Below, piece by piece: positions 38,958 to 48,435 of a stretch of DNA of 64,000 nt. Positions within the stretch are counted from its first letter, which is position 1; the number at the start of each line of letters is the position of its first letter. Under the pieces are notes generated by a model that was given only the letters and a program-made list of their open reading frames with translations, had not been told where the DNA came from and searched no databases. The translations under genes and the position numbers were made by a program. Origin of the DNA: a virus (taxonomy: Duplodnaviria > Caudoviricetes); IMG/VR virus record IMGVR_UViG_3300020045_007949, positions 10,013 to 74,012 of that record. One strand, 5' to 3'.

Positions 38958-39478
38958 GTTGTTTTGGCAGCCTCCTTTACGCCTAATTCTCGTCCAATTA
39001 TTTTTCTTGTATTCTCGAATGACTTCTTCCAAAAAGATTCAGCAAATTTCTTTATCGAAGTATTAATTGCCATTTGTGCCAAGTGTAAGATTTCTTCAAC
39101 TTTTACTTTATGGAAAGTATCAATCGGATTGCCAACTTTGAAAATCAACTCAGAGTAAGGTGTTTGGCGTGTCTTAACATGAGATTCTTGACCAAAATAT
39201 TGTACCCAAGCTACTTTATCACCGACTTTCAACCTCAATCCAATACACTCGTCGTTAATTTTCTCTTCGTAAAAGCCATTTTGCAAAGCCCAATATCTCG
39301 TTTGCTTTAAATCAAAACCCTCGAATATGAGTGAAACAGAGGAGTAGTCTTGAAAATCAGGAAGTTCCGTTGGGTTGAGAAATCTTTTCCAACCATACTT
39401 GTCATGGTTTTGAGAAAAGTAAGTTGCAAATACGCAACCTAAATTTCCTTTTTGCATCCACTTTAAATTCTTATCCAT
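38927..39478 (-). CDS. Hypothetical protein with an N-terminal GCVFA motif
   Basis: 183 aa, overlapping the MOSC gene start; any family link is speculative. Confidence 0.65.
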   Translation of the reverse strand: MDKNLKWMQKGNLGCVFATYFSQNHDKYGWKRFLNPTELPDFQDYSSVSLIFEGFDLKQTRYWALQNGFYEEKINDECIGLRLKVGDKVAWVQYFGQESHVKTRQTPYSELIFKVGNPIDTFHKVKVEEILHLAQMAINTSIKKFAESFWKKSFENTRKIIGRELGVKEAAKTTWYFGLTEKQ

Positions 39479-39623
39479 TTTCTTAGTTATTTATAAATTC
39501 GTATCCTAATTCTAATTCTTCTTGATATTTTTCCATCCAAAAACTGAATGTAAGAATACTTTTACCTTGTGGGTGATTATTGTAGATTTCTCTACAAAAT
39601 AATTTATATGGTTTCATTTGCAA

Positions 39624-39896
39624 TTAAAACCCTCTATCTTCTATAAATCCACATTGCTCTAAAAATCCTTGTCCTACTGGCGAGCCAAGCCATTGAACCA
39701 AATTTAAGCAAATATCTTTTTCTTTTTCACTCAAATATTCTTTTGGGTAATTTTGCCTGTCATTTTCCCAACCAAAGATTATTGCAGATAGTGTTTTATC
39801 AGCCATTCCATCAGAGCTAAACATTTGTACAAACTTATCATGGAAAATTTTCTCTTTTGGATTTCCATTGAAACGATATTCTTTATTAGATTTCAT
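39624..39896 (-). CDS. Hypothetical protein
   Basis: 90 aa, containing a QWLGSPVGQGFL motif. Confidence 0.7.
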   Translation of the reverse strand: MKSNKEYRFNGNPKEKIFHDKFVQMFSSDGMADKTLSAIIFGWENDRQNYPKEYLSEKEKDICLNLVQWLGSPVGQGFLEQCGFIEDRGF

Positions 39897-39897
39897 T

Positions 39898-41022
39898 TTA
39901 ATACTTATTATATTTACAGTTAATTTCTTTTACTCTTTCACGAACTTTCTTTACGAGTTCAGTACCACTGTAATTTTTAGAATAATAGTATTCTAACGCT
40001 GCATAAAACGAATCCTCATTGTAGAATGAACCTAAATTTGGTTCTTCTTGGTCAAATTTGTATCTTCCGAATGAAGAAAATTTTGTATCATTGAGGTATT
40101 TAGGTTGCTCTTCTTGTGGGTCTTGGTAGAAGTTTTCAAATTCCTCTTGGTTTTTAAGGCTTGAAATTGAATAAGGGTTTCTCCATTCTCCTTTCGCTAC
40201 TATGTAGTTGAAAAATTCAGTAGCCTTTTCTTCCCCAAACTTTTCGTAAACAACTCCAAGCAGGTGAGCGTTTCCTGCTTTTTCTTCTCTTGTCTTGCCA
40301 CTTTTGTTTGGTCTTGTAAATTGTCTGTCCTTTGGTAAGCCTTCGTTAAACTCTTTCACTCGTGCGTTAATCCAAGTATATTTTTCAGGATTTGACTGAT
40401 AATTTGATTTTGACTTCTTCTTTTGCTTCTCTACTGGAATAGTTACATAATTTATTGGAATAATGCAATTCAATTCTATATTGGTTTTCTTACTTTCATA
40501 CATTACTGTATCAGATGTAAGTAAAGAAATATCATCTTTATTTTCTTCCGCAGGAATATAGTTATTTTTATATTCTTTATTTTTAAGGTCTATATTATTA
40601 TAGGCGAGCGTTTCTGACGTGTCAGGTAGCAGAGGGGTCTGTTTGGCTGTTGTCTGCTTTTCGACTCTTTCTCCATCATTTCCTACATAAATAATGTTCG
40701 GAAAAGATAATCCTTCTGCCTTATTTTCAAATATCTCATAATAACTACCACTCATTGATTTTGATTCTATATTGTAAATCTTAACCAACTTTGCATAGCC
40801 TAACTTAGATAGATTCTTGAAGCCTCTCTTTACAGCACCTTCTGTCCAACCACCGTCTTTTCCGTTTTTAACTAACTCTGTGATATTAGAAGTCCAATTA
40901 TCACTCCTTGAAAGCAAGCGTGTAAGGACTGCTAAGCCTTCCATTGATAACTTTTCGTCACGCAAGAGAATATTCTCTAATTGCGTAAACTTGTCTGATT
41001 TATTTACTCTGAAATTTGACAT
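39898..41022 (-). CDS. Phage replication initiator (N-terminal winged HTH)
   Basis: FTQLEN.LLRD..LS..GLAVL..LLS..DNW.....EL...G......AV......L...GY; start placed at ATG 41022. Confidence 0.75.
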   Translation of the reverse strand: MSNFRVNKSDKFTQLENILLRDEKLSMEGLAVLTRLLSRSDNWTSNITELVKNGKDGGWTEGAVKRGFKNLSKLGYAKLVKIYNIESKSMSGSYYEIFENKAEGLSFPNIIYVGNDGERVEKQTTAKQTPLLPDTSETLAYNNIDLKNKEYKNNYIPAEENKDDISLLTSDTVMYESKKTNIELNCIIPINYVTIPVEKQKKKSKSNYQSNPEKYTWINARVKEFNEGLPKDRQFTRPNKSGKTREEKAGNAHLLGVVYEKFGEEKATEFFNYIVAKGEWRNPYSISSLKNQEEFENFYQDPQEEQPKYLNDTKFSSFGRYKFDQEEPNLGSFYNEDSFYAALEYYYSKNYSGTELVKKVRERVKEINCKYNKY

Positions 41023-41040
41023 TGTTGTGTATAAAAAAAA

Positions 41041-41149
41041 CACCTCAAAAAGATAGCCCCCGAAGGGTGTAGTGCCTGCTATCAATTTGAGGTGTTCCTC
41101 GTGTAATATTTTCTGTTACAAATTTACGAACAAGGCACTACCGATGCAA
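41041..41149 (-). promoter_or_regulatory. Promoter (41119-41149) and leader hairpin of the initiator gene
   Basis: TTG...TAAATTTG; CACCTCAAA/TTTGAGGTG and GATAGC/GCTATC stems; 8-bp inverted repeat GTAGTGCC/GGCACTAC between the leader loop and the promoter spacer. Confidence 0.6.
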
Positions 41150-41237
41150 GTAAATTGTTAATTATTTTCAAAGTTAGTTAAAACTTTTCACATCAACAAG
41201 CGAAAATCGTACTAAAATCCACAATGTTTTGTGGTTT

Positions 41238-41330
41238 TAATTAGCCACCAAGACCAGTTATCGCCTAACGTCATTTCGCTGATTCGGGATTGCTCTACGG
41301 TGCATATTAGGCATCCTCTGTGGCTAATTA
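41238..41330 (-). ncRNA. Candidate ~93-nt structured ncRNA
   Basis: Perfect 11-bp closing stem TAATTAGCCAC/GTGGCTAATTA, large internal bubble, inner GCCTAA/TTAGGC stem; intergenic. Strand inferred from context. Confidence 0.55.
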
Positions 41331-41459
41331 TTATTCCTCCATCGCCTCGTCTTCTTCCCTTTGTAATTCGTCTAACTCCTCTTCTGTGGGAATGTAGTCG
41401 TAATTTATACAGCCATCGGGCGAAAAATAATCAAACTTAATTCCTTGAAATGCTTTCAT
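41331..41459 (-). CDS. 42-aa acidic peptide
   Basis: ATG at 41459, TAA at 41331-41333; 14 D/E residues; not in the track. Confidence 0.55.
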   Translation of the reverse strand: MKAFQGIKFDYFSPDGCINYDYIPTEEELDELQREEDEAMEE

Positions 41460-41463
41460 AGTT

Positions 41464-43500
41464 TTATTTGTTTAAGCTATTTACGAAATTCCACCTTTCC
41501 ATTGCACTATCAATACTTGTATGTTTTGTTGTCTTTTTGCCTTTTCTTTTTACTTGGTAAAAATCTATTGGCTCAGATTTAAAGTCTTCTCCACAACTAC
41601 AATCCCCGAAACATTGACAACCAAAATATCTTGTTTGTCCAGTAAAATGAATTAAGATATTATATTCATTTTCTAAAATCACTCTCCTGTTCATTGTTAT
41701 TTTTGATTAAATACTCTAATTTTTGAACACAAATCATATAAATCATAATGCGATGAATCAGTATCATCTAATCCGCAACTTGAAGGTGATTTATAGCCTT
41801 TCCTGAGCAAGATATGTACGGATTCGCTACCTAACCATTCCAATAATTCATTAGGTGTCACATCGTGTTGTTTTAATACTTCTTCTAAATTTACCATTTT
41901 ATTCTGCGATTATAGTTAATTTAACACCTTTTTCTTCTGCCAACTTCTTTAATTCCTCGATTTTAATATCAAGTTCGCTCGGTTTCTTTTTGCACTCATT
42001 AAATCTAAATAGGTAATAATTTACATAAACAATATACATATCTTTATATTCTGCAATAAAAATAGCTTTTATCCATTCCTTATCTCCATTATCTTTCACC
42101 AAAACTTCTTCTCCTTTCTCGAATTGTTCTCCGAATAACAAATCATTCCACTCTTCAAGAGATATTACTTTATATTTAGGATTCTCTTCACATACGCATC
42201 CATTGCTCACAAGCCCGTAATACCTGTGATTAAAAGCATACTTTCCATTATAGTTTTCATCAATCCAATCCTTGAATTTATCTAATAGTGGATTGATTGC
42301 ATTTGATTGAAAATCTATAAGAAATTCATTTGGTAATGTTTTCATTATTTTTTCTGTTTATATTTTCTTAAATCTTCTCCAAAAAATGTTCCATCTACGC
42401 CTGATTGAAAGACTATTGGGAGTTTCAAAGCAGAAAATGCTTTAATATCCTCTTTTGTCATTTCATAGCAATAAATATTCTCATAATCTGAGTAGTAGAA
42501 ACCGTCTCTACCCTCAGATTGCATTAATCCCTCTAATTTAGGTGCAAACTGATTCAAAACGATTATGGAATAAACTCTCGTTTCTGTATTCAAAACCCTA
42601 CCAACTGATTGATAGGCTTGACAAACATTATACGGCACTTCCCTTTTAATTAATTCTCTAAACATTCTCTAATTGTTTAATAAGTGCATTAGCGAATTTT
42701 ATAGCTTTTATTGCAGCATAATCCTCATTACACAAATTTGTGTTATTTTGTAAAGAAATAGGACTATTTAAAATTGACTGCATAGCCAATCCTGCAAAGT
42801 ATTCTAATTTTGTTAATCCAGTATTTATTGGCTCATATCTTTCTCCGTTAGCAACTGTGTCTGCGACAGGAAACGCTGATTCTTTTTTCATATTACAAAG
42901 TTAAACGATGTTTACGTGATTCGCAAGATATTTTTAATCTAAAAACATGGAAGTAGCCATTTACGACTCCCAAGCCAACTCTCGTGCGGTAATCAGAATG
43001 TATGCGAACACTATTTAATACTAATTTCTCCTGTTTAACCTCCAATTCTTTGAGGAATCGGGTAAATTCCTGACAAGCAAAAACTTCGTCATTAGTGATT
43101 AAATGGTATTCGCACTTATTCTTCTCTACTTGATAGAAAAAGAGGACTGAAAATATCAGTGATTTCATAGGGTTTTTAATATTCCCTCCAAAACTAATTT
43201 TCTTGCTTCAAGAGATTTTCTCACCATGTATGGCGTTAAACAGTGTATTGGAATTATAAACCAGTAGCAACCTTCACAATCCAATACATTGTCATCGAAC
43301 AAGGCTTTATTCTTTTTAATAAACTTAATTCCTTTATTCCAAATTCTTGGATAATTTTTATTGTATAGTAATTTTCTGCAAATTCCGCACTCTAAATTTT
43401 CAAGAAAAATATAATCTACAATTTTCTCATCACTGACTTTGATTGCCAAATCATAGCAGTCAATTAAATATTTTACATCTCCTTTTATTGTGACTTTCAT
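41464..43500 (-). other. Cluster of small hypothetical CDSs (41464-41694, 41697-41897, 41899-42345, 42345-42665, 42658-42891, 42893-43168, 43165-43500)
   Basis: Contiguous, coupled - strand ORFs. Confidence 0.7.
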
Positions 43501-44003
43501 ACATAGAATTTTTTAAATAGTTCTTTTAATTGCCCTTCCTGCCAACCATGTTCTCTTAGAATGTCGAAAATAAGCTCTTTTTGTCCTCTGTGAAGCGATG
43601 TAAATTGCTCTTCTGTCATTTTACCATAAGCAATACTTTTCGCTCGCTTACGGGTCACATTTACAATTTCTCCATCTTCTAAAGTGAGGGTCATTTTCTC
43701 ATCTTCAACGAATCCTAATTCAATTTCAATTGCCTTCCTAATCCTTTCTTCTAATGTATCTTTAGACTTTTGAAGTACTAAGAGTTCTTTTGGTGAAATG
43801 TCTAAAAGAGTTAGAATAGCTAAATCAGGAGCATTATCAGCAAAGAGTCTTAACATCTCAAAGTATCTCTTATGAACTTCAATCGAGCGAACATCTTTAA
43901 TCTCAAAGTAGATTTCCTCGCCATCTTCGTAAGGTCTTTTTGTTTCGGAAAGAAGTTCTATAAACTTAACTCCTAATTTGTTTTCTCTTATTCTTCCGTA
44001 CAT
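43497..44003 (-). CDS. DUF1367/NinB-like protein
   Basis: RS.E.HKRYF.ML and KSIAYGKMTEEQF..L motifs; near ninG. Confidence 0.55.
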   Translation of the reverse strand: MYGRIRENKLGVKFIELLSETKRPYEDGEEIYFEIKDVRSIEVHKRYFEMLRLFADNAPDLAILTLLDISPKELLVLQKSKDTLEERIRKAIEIELGFVEDEKMTLTLEDGEIVNVTRKRAKSIAYGKMTEEQFTSLHRGQKELIFDILREHGWQEGQLKELFKKFYV

Positions 44004-44603
44004 GAATTTATTTTTTGAATAGTTTCTTCTCTTTTTAACATTTCTTCTGCCATCATAAAAGATTTTTTAGCTATATCGTAAAAGTTAAGGTCAAAATCTG
44101 CCTTCCATCCATTCATTCCTAAAAAATATTTTATTTTATTGAGTAAAGTCATTCGCCTGTGTTTAGCTTGTGATTCTACAAATATTTTCATTACCTCTAA
44201 TGCTACATCACTTAATGCTAATTTTTTATCTGTATTTTTCATTTTATTCATTAATTATAGTTACAACTGTATTTTCTTTTATTACCACTTTGAATAATCC
44301 CGAAGGATAAGTTCCGTTACCCAATTCCTTTTGAGCTTCCGAAATTCCCGAAACAATCTTTTCTTCAATTTCCTCTAAATTGAATCCTAAAACACGCTCG
44401 AAATATCTAAGCATAGCGTGTTCAGTTACCTTTAGTTCTCCTTTCTTCATGTCATTTATTTTAGTTATAAGTGAAACTCGCTCTTTCTTTAATCCATTAT
44501 AAGTCCTTTGATATTCAGCCATAATATTGTGAATATCAAAAATCTGCTCCTCTAACTTTCTTAGCTGGGTCTTTAACTTCTTGGCTTCTCTAACTTCTTT
44601 CAT
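43988..44603 (-). other. Two hypothetical CDSs (43988-44251; 44244-44603, coiled coil plus VTEHAMLRYFER motif)
   Basis: ORF track. Confidence 0.65.
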
Positions 44604-44912
44604 TGGTGGTAGAAATTATAGATAAACTCAATCTCAGAACCAGTTAAGTCTTCCATTGTAATTAAATCACCAAGAACAGCACGTTTGCTTTCAATTTGTC
44701 TATCGAAAGAAAGAATATTCCACCATTCGATTGCTTTTTGTTTATTATTCATCTATTTTACCGTTTAAAAAGTATTCATAAAAAATCTCTATACTAAACC
44801 AACTAATCATTGATATTGAAAACCAAGTTCCAAGATATTTGTTTTTAATTCTAATCTGCTCCTCGAAATCCAAATTGTTCCACCATTCGATTGCTTTTTG
44901 TCTATTTGTCAT
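44600..44912 (-). repeat. Tandem paralogous micro-ORFs (44600-44752, 44745-44912) sharing a 24-bp exact repeat
   Basis: TTCCACCATTCGATTGCTTTTTGT at 44718-44741 and 44878-44901; both encode QKAIEWWN. Confidence 0.75.
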
Positions 44913-45055
44913 TGTCTAAAAAGTTTAAGATTCTCGTATAATAAACACCATAAAGGTACGCTAAAGACATAATTAGCGTTTCGTGTTTATCTAAGATACT
45001 CCAAAAGAAAAATATTAAGCCAATAGTTAGTGCTATTAGTAAAATTGATTTGTGT

Positions 45056-45691
45056 TTATTTTTCATAAATTCCTATTCGTTTATTTAATTTGTATCTATA
45101 CTCTAATCTTTCTTCGTCGGTTAAATAACCTTCCTCTTGTAGTTGCTTAATAATTTCCTTACAAATGTTCTTAGCTTCAACTAATTCCTCTTTGCTTAAT
45201 TTCAGCGAAGGATATTCTGCCCGAAGTGATTCAATATACTCAAAGTATGAAACCCCGAACTTTTCAATCAATCGAGTTCTGAAACCGTTAAAATTACCCG
45301 ATAAATAAAGATTATCGTGAACACTTTGAAGCCAAATGTTGTGTAAGTTAAATCGGAGTGAAGGAAAAGCTCCACGACTAAAAAGATGCCCTGCTTGTCC
45401 AGTAGAACCTGTACTATTCCCCGAAGAAATACATTCGTGCTTTCTATCGAGTAATCTCACAATCTTGTTAATCTCCTTTTGTAAGTCGTTCTGATAATCT
45501 GAAAGAGTTTTAATTTTCTCCTTCATTTCTTTCTTCCGACTTACCCACTGCTGTTTTTCTTTTTTCTGAACTTTCACTTCTTCTTGTTCGCTCTTTTTCT
45601 TTGCGAACTCAATTGCACAAGTAACAGAACAAACTTTCTGAATAGAATTTTTCGGAGAAAACTCAACGCCACAAACTTTACATTTCTTCAT
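45056..45691 (-). CDS. ninG: NinG/Rap-family recombination endonuclease
   Basis: N-terminal CKVC...CSVTC, VRLLDR...CISSG, AGH, LRFNLHNIWLQ...N..LSGN. Confidence 0.88.
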   Translation of the reverse strand: MKKCKVCGVEFSPKNSIQKVCSVTCAIEFAKKKSEQEEVKVQKKEKQQWVSRKKEMKEKIKTLSDYQNDLQKEINKIVRLLDRKHECISSGNSTGSTGQAGHLFSRGAFPSLRFNLHNIWLQSVHDNLYLSGNFNGFRTRLIEKFGVSYFEYIESLRAEYPSLKLSKEELVEAKNICKEIIKQLQEEGYLTDEERLEYRYKLNKRIGIYEK

Positions 45692-45709
45692 AAATCATTA
45701 ATTATAAGG

Positions 45710-45740
45710 CAAATATAAATATTTGTGACGACAAATCAAA
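45710..45740 (-). promoter_or_regulatory. Canonical Bacteroidota promoter
   Basis: Minus strand reads TTTG-19 nt-TATATTTG. Confidence 0.8.
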
Positions 45741-45748
45741 GAGAAATA

Positions 45749-46890
45749 TTAGAAATTATACTTGCCTTCTAATAGCCAATTCTTTTTGTGTAAGGAAATA
45801 AATTCATCAAAAGTATCGAAAGACTGCATAAATACTTGGGTTTCAATATTAATATCTACACCACCTATACAGGATATTTTTGTATTCATTCTGAACTTGT
45901 AACTGCCAAATCCAGTATCAATCATTCCTCCATAGGAGAATTTTTTATTTGAAAGGTAAAACGATACTCCATTCCCATTAGGATAAGCATTAATGTATGC
46001 TTTCTTTTTTCTAAGATAATCTATTATCTTTTGAAATTCCTCGTCAATATAATCTTGATTGTTCATAGTTAATTTGGATAAACGGTTCTTGTTCTTGTTT
46101 CTCTTTGCACGATAGGCTTATCACTCACTCTCTCAAAATGCTTCAACCACAAACTTGATTTTAAGAAATCTAAGTGGAACGTCACTCCATGTATGGTTAA
46201 TTTATCTCGCAACTTATGTGGCGGATATACTTTTTCTTTGAATATTGTCATTTTTTACTTACTTTTAAAACTTGAAAAATATTTTCATCTTTAGCCCAAA
46301 TAGCGAAGTCATTAAATATGGAAATTAAACCACATCTTCCACTATACCTTCGCCTCGCAAGAATAAAAACCTTGCCTCTGTAAAATACAATTGGTCTATT
46401 AAAATCGTCTCTATGAAGAAATTCAGATTGAGAATTTGTAATTAATTCACCCACTTCAAAATACTCCTCATTCCAATTCCAAGACAATTTGTTTCTTTTC
46501 TTCATATATCTACCAAATTAATTGTGATGAATGAAATGAAACAAACTCCCGAACTTTGCCAACAAAAGCCTTTTCAACGTCTATAAAGACGAACTGAGAC
46601 TCTTTTACTTTTCTATCAGATTTTACAGCATATCCATAATCTTCTAACGACATTACTTTACGCTCACATATTTCAGCCTCACCAGTGAAGTAGTCTTTAA
46701 TCTTCATAAACTTAACTACACCTATTTTTAAGGCTTTAAAGTACTCATAAGCCGACTTAACAGCCTCCGAGAAGTAATTTCTTCTCTCCAATTCTTTAGC
46801 CTCTTTATCTTGGCTTAATTCTTGTTCTTTTTTAGGGCAAATTTCTCTGTAAATCGCCCATGCTTTTAATGAAATTTTTGAAGTAAACAT
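45749..46890 (-). other. Four hypothetical CDSs (45749-46066, 46069-46251, 46248-46505, 46510-46890)
   Basis: ORF track. Confidence 0.7.
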
Positions 46891-46967
46891 TGTCTTAAAA
46901 GTTTAAATTGTTGATAATTTTTTAACACCCAATTAAACACCACACAAGTAGTGCGAAATACAATAAT

Positions 46968-47135
46968 TTATCCATTTTTTTTAAGTTTTTTTAACTGTTC
47001 CCTAATTCCCTCTCTATCGGCAAGTGGATTTAGTGAAGCCACGAGAAGCCTTAATACCTCACTACTGTTTGTAAAGCCCTCCAAAGTTTCTATTGTAGCC
47101 TTATCGAAAGTATAATTCTTTCTATACTTTTTCAT
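46968..47135 (-). CDS. Ribbon-helix-helix-like small regulator (55 aa)
   Basis: MKKYRKNYTFDKATIETLE...SSEVLRLLV; ATGA overlap with the upstream ORF; not in the track. Confidence 0.55.
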   Translation of the reverse strand: MKKYRKNYTFDKATIETLEGFTNSSEVLRLLVASLNPLADREGIREQLKKLKKNG

Positions 47136-47812
47136 AGCTTAGAAGTTTCAAACCTTGCCTCTCTATAAGCTTTTTCGTGTTCTGCCGAAGGCTTAGAAAC
47201 ATCAACACCTTCCCAATTAACTCTTGACATAATCTCTACTACTTTAGCAAAAATCTCCCTTACAGGCTTAATTGCATGAGGAAAAATAATTGTATCTCCT
47301 TTTGTGGTTTCGCATTTGATATAAGTAACCGTGCCGACTGTTTCAGTGTATAACCTAAGTCCTTTTATTTTATCTGTTTTCATAATAAATATAATAATGT
47401 GAATAATAAAACGATGAATAAAAATCTCAATATAGGCGTAATTTTTCCCACCGCAAGCGTAATGGAATTAAGGATAATAATTCCAATAGCGAAGGCATAA
47501 ATAGCCGACACTATTAATTTAAGGTTAAGTAAATCATAATTGTTTGATTAAGTATTGTAAATATTTTATTCTTGATTCAAGTTCATTTCCTTCCCATAAT
47601 TCATTTTTACCTACCCAATATTTGCCTCTAAATTCTAAAGGAACTAATTCGGGATTTTGAAATTTATCAACAAGTCTATCGTAGGCTTTATTGCTTATTA
47701 AGCCTTTCATTCTAAGCCTGTTTAATGAGTTACAAATCCATTTGCCCCAAATGAATGTTTTTAGTTCATCTATCACCATTTGATAGATTATTTTATCAGT
47801 TAATTTTTCCAT
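47132..47812 (-). other. Hypothetical CDSs (47132-47383, 47534-47812)
   Basis: ORF track. Confidence 0.65.
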
Positions 47813-47955
47813 TGTTTTATTTGTTTAATATTGTAAAATTAAATACTATTTTAATCACTTCAAAGATAAATTTGCTTTTTCTTTTCTTTTTTTGTATCTT
47901 GTATTAAATTCTTTCAAAAATGTTTATTTGAGAAAGTAAAAAATACGGTAAAAAT

Positions 47956-48435
47956 ATGGTAAATAAATATGGTACGGTTATTTCTAAGCCCAAAGGGGCA
48001 ATTCATAAATCTACGCAAAAGAAAAGAGAATTTTCAGGGCTAATGAGAAATGAGGTTTTGATGTATATGATGCAAATGCCACTCTTGGATTTTGCTAAAA
48101 AGAATACGCAGTTTTTTGAATTTGTCGAATTGCAATTCGGAGAATCTGCAAAAAATATGATTGTTCAAGATGCTGTTGCTTACCAAAATATTGCATACAA
48201 TATTATGAATCCAAGCCCTAAAGACCTTTCTTATTTATGGGCTGAAATGTATGGAAAAGTTAAGGAAGCAAGCGAAGCTAAAACTTTTGAGTTGCCACAA
48301 ATGCAAGACGAATCCGAAATTCTTAATAAGTTGGATACGAGAACTCTCGAAATGCTTTTAGCACAAAGGAAATCTTTGGAAGCCCCGAAAGAAACTTTTC
48401 AACCTAAGGAAGAATTTGAACTTATCTCAATATAA
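47956..48435 (+). CDS. Lone + strand gene, candidate terminase small subunit
   Basis: Basic N-terminus and helical body with a C-terminal LNKLDTRTLEMLL motif; a divergent promoter-like region lies upstream. The call is inferential. Confidence 0.4.
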   Translation: MVNKYGTVISKPKGAIHKSTQKKREFSGLMRNEVLMYMMQMPLLDFAKKNTQFFEFVELQFGESAKNMIVQDAVAYQNIAYNIMNPSPKDLSYLWAEMYGKVKEASEAKTFELPQMQDESEILNKLDTRTLEMLLAQRKSLEAPKETFQPKEEFELISI

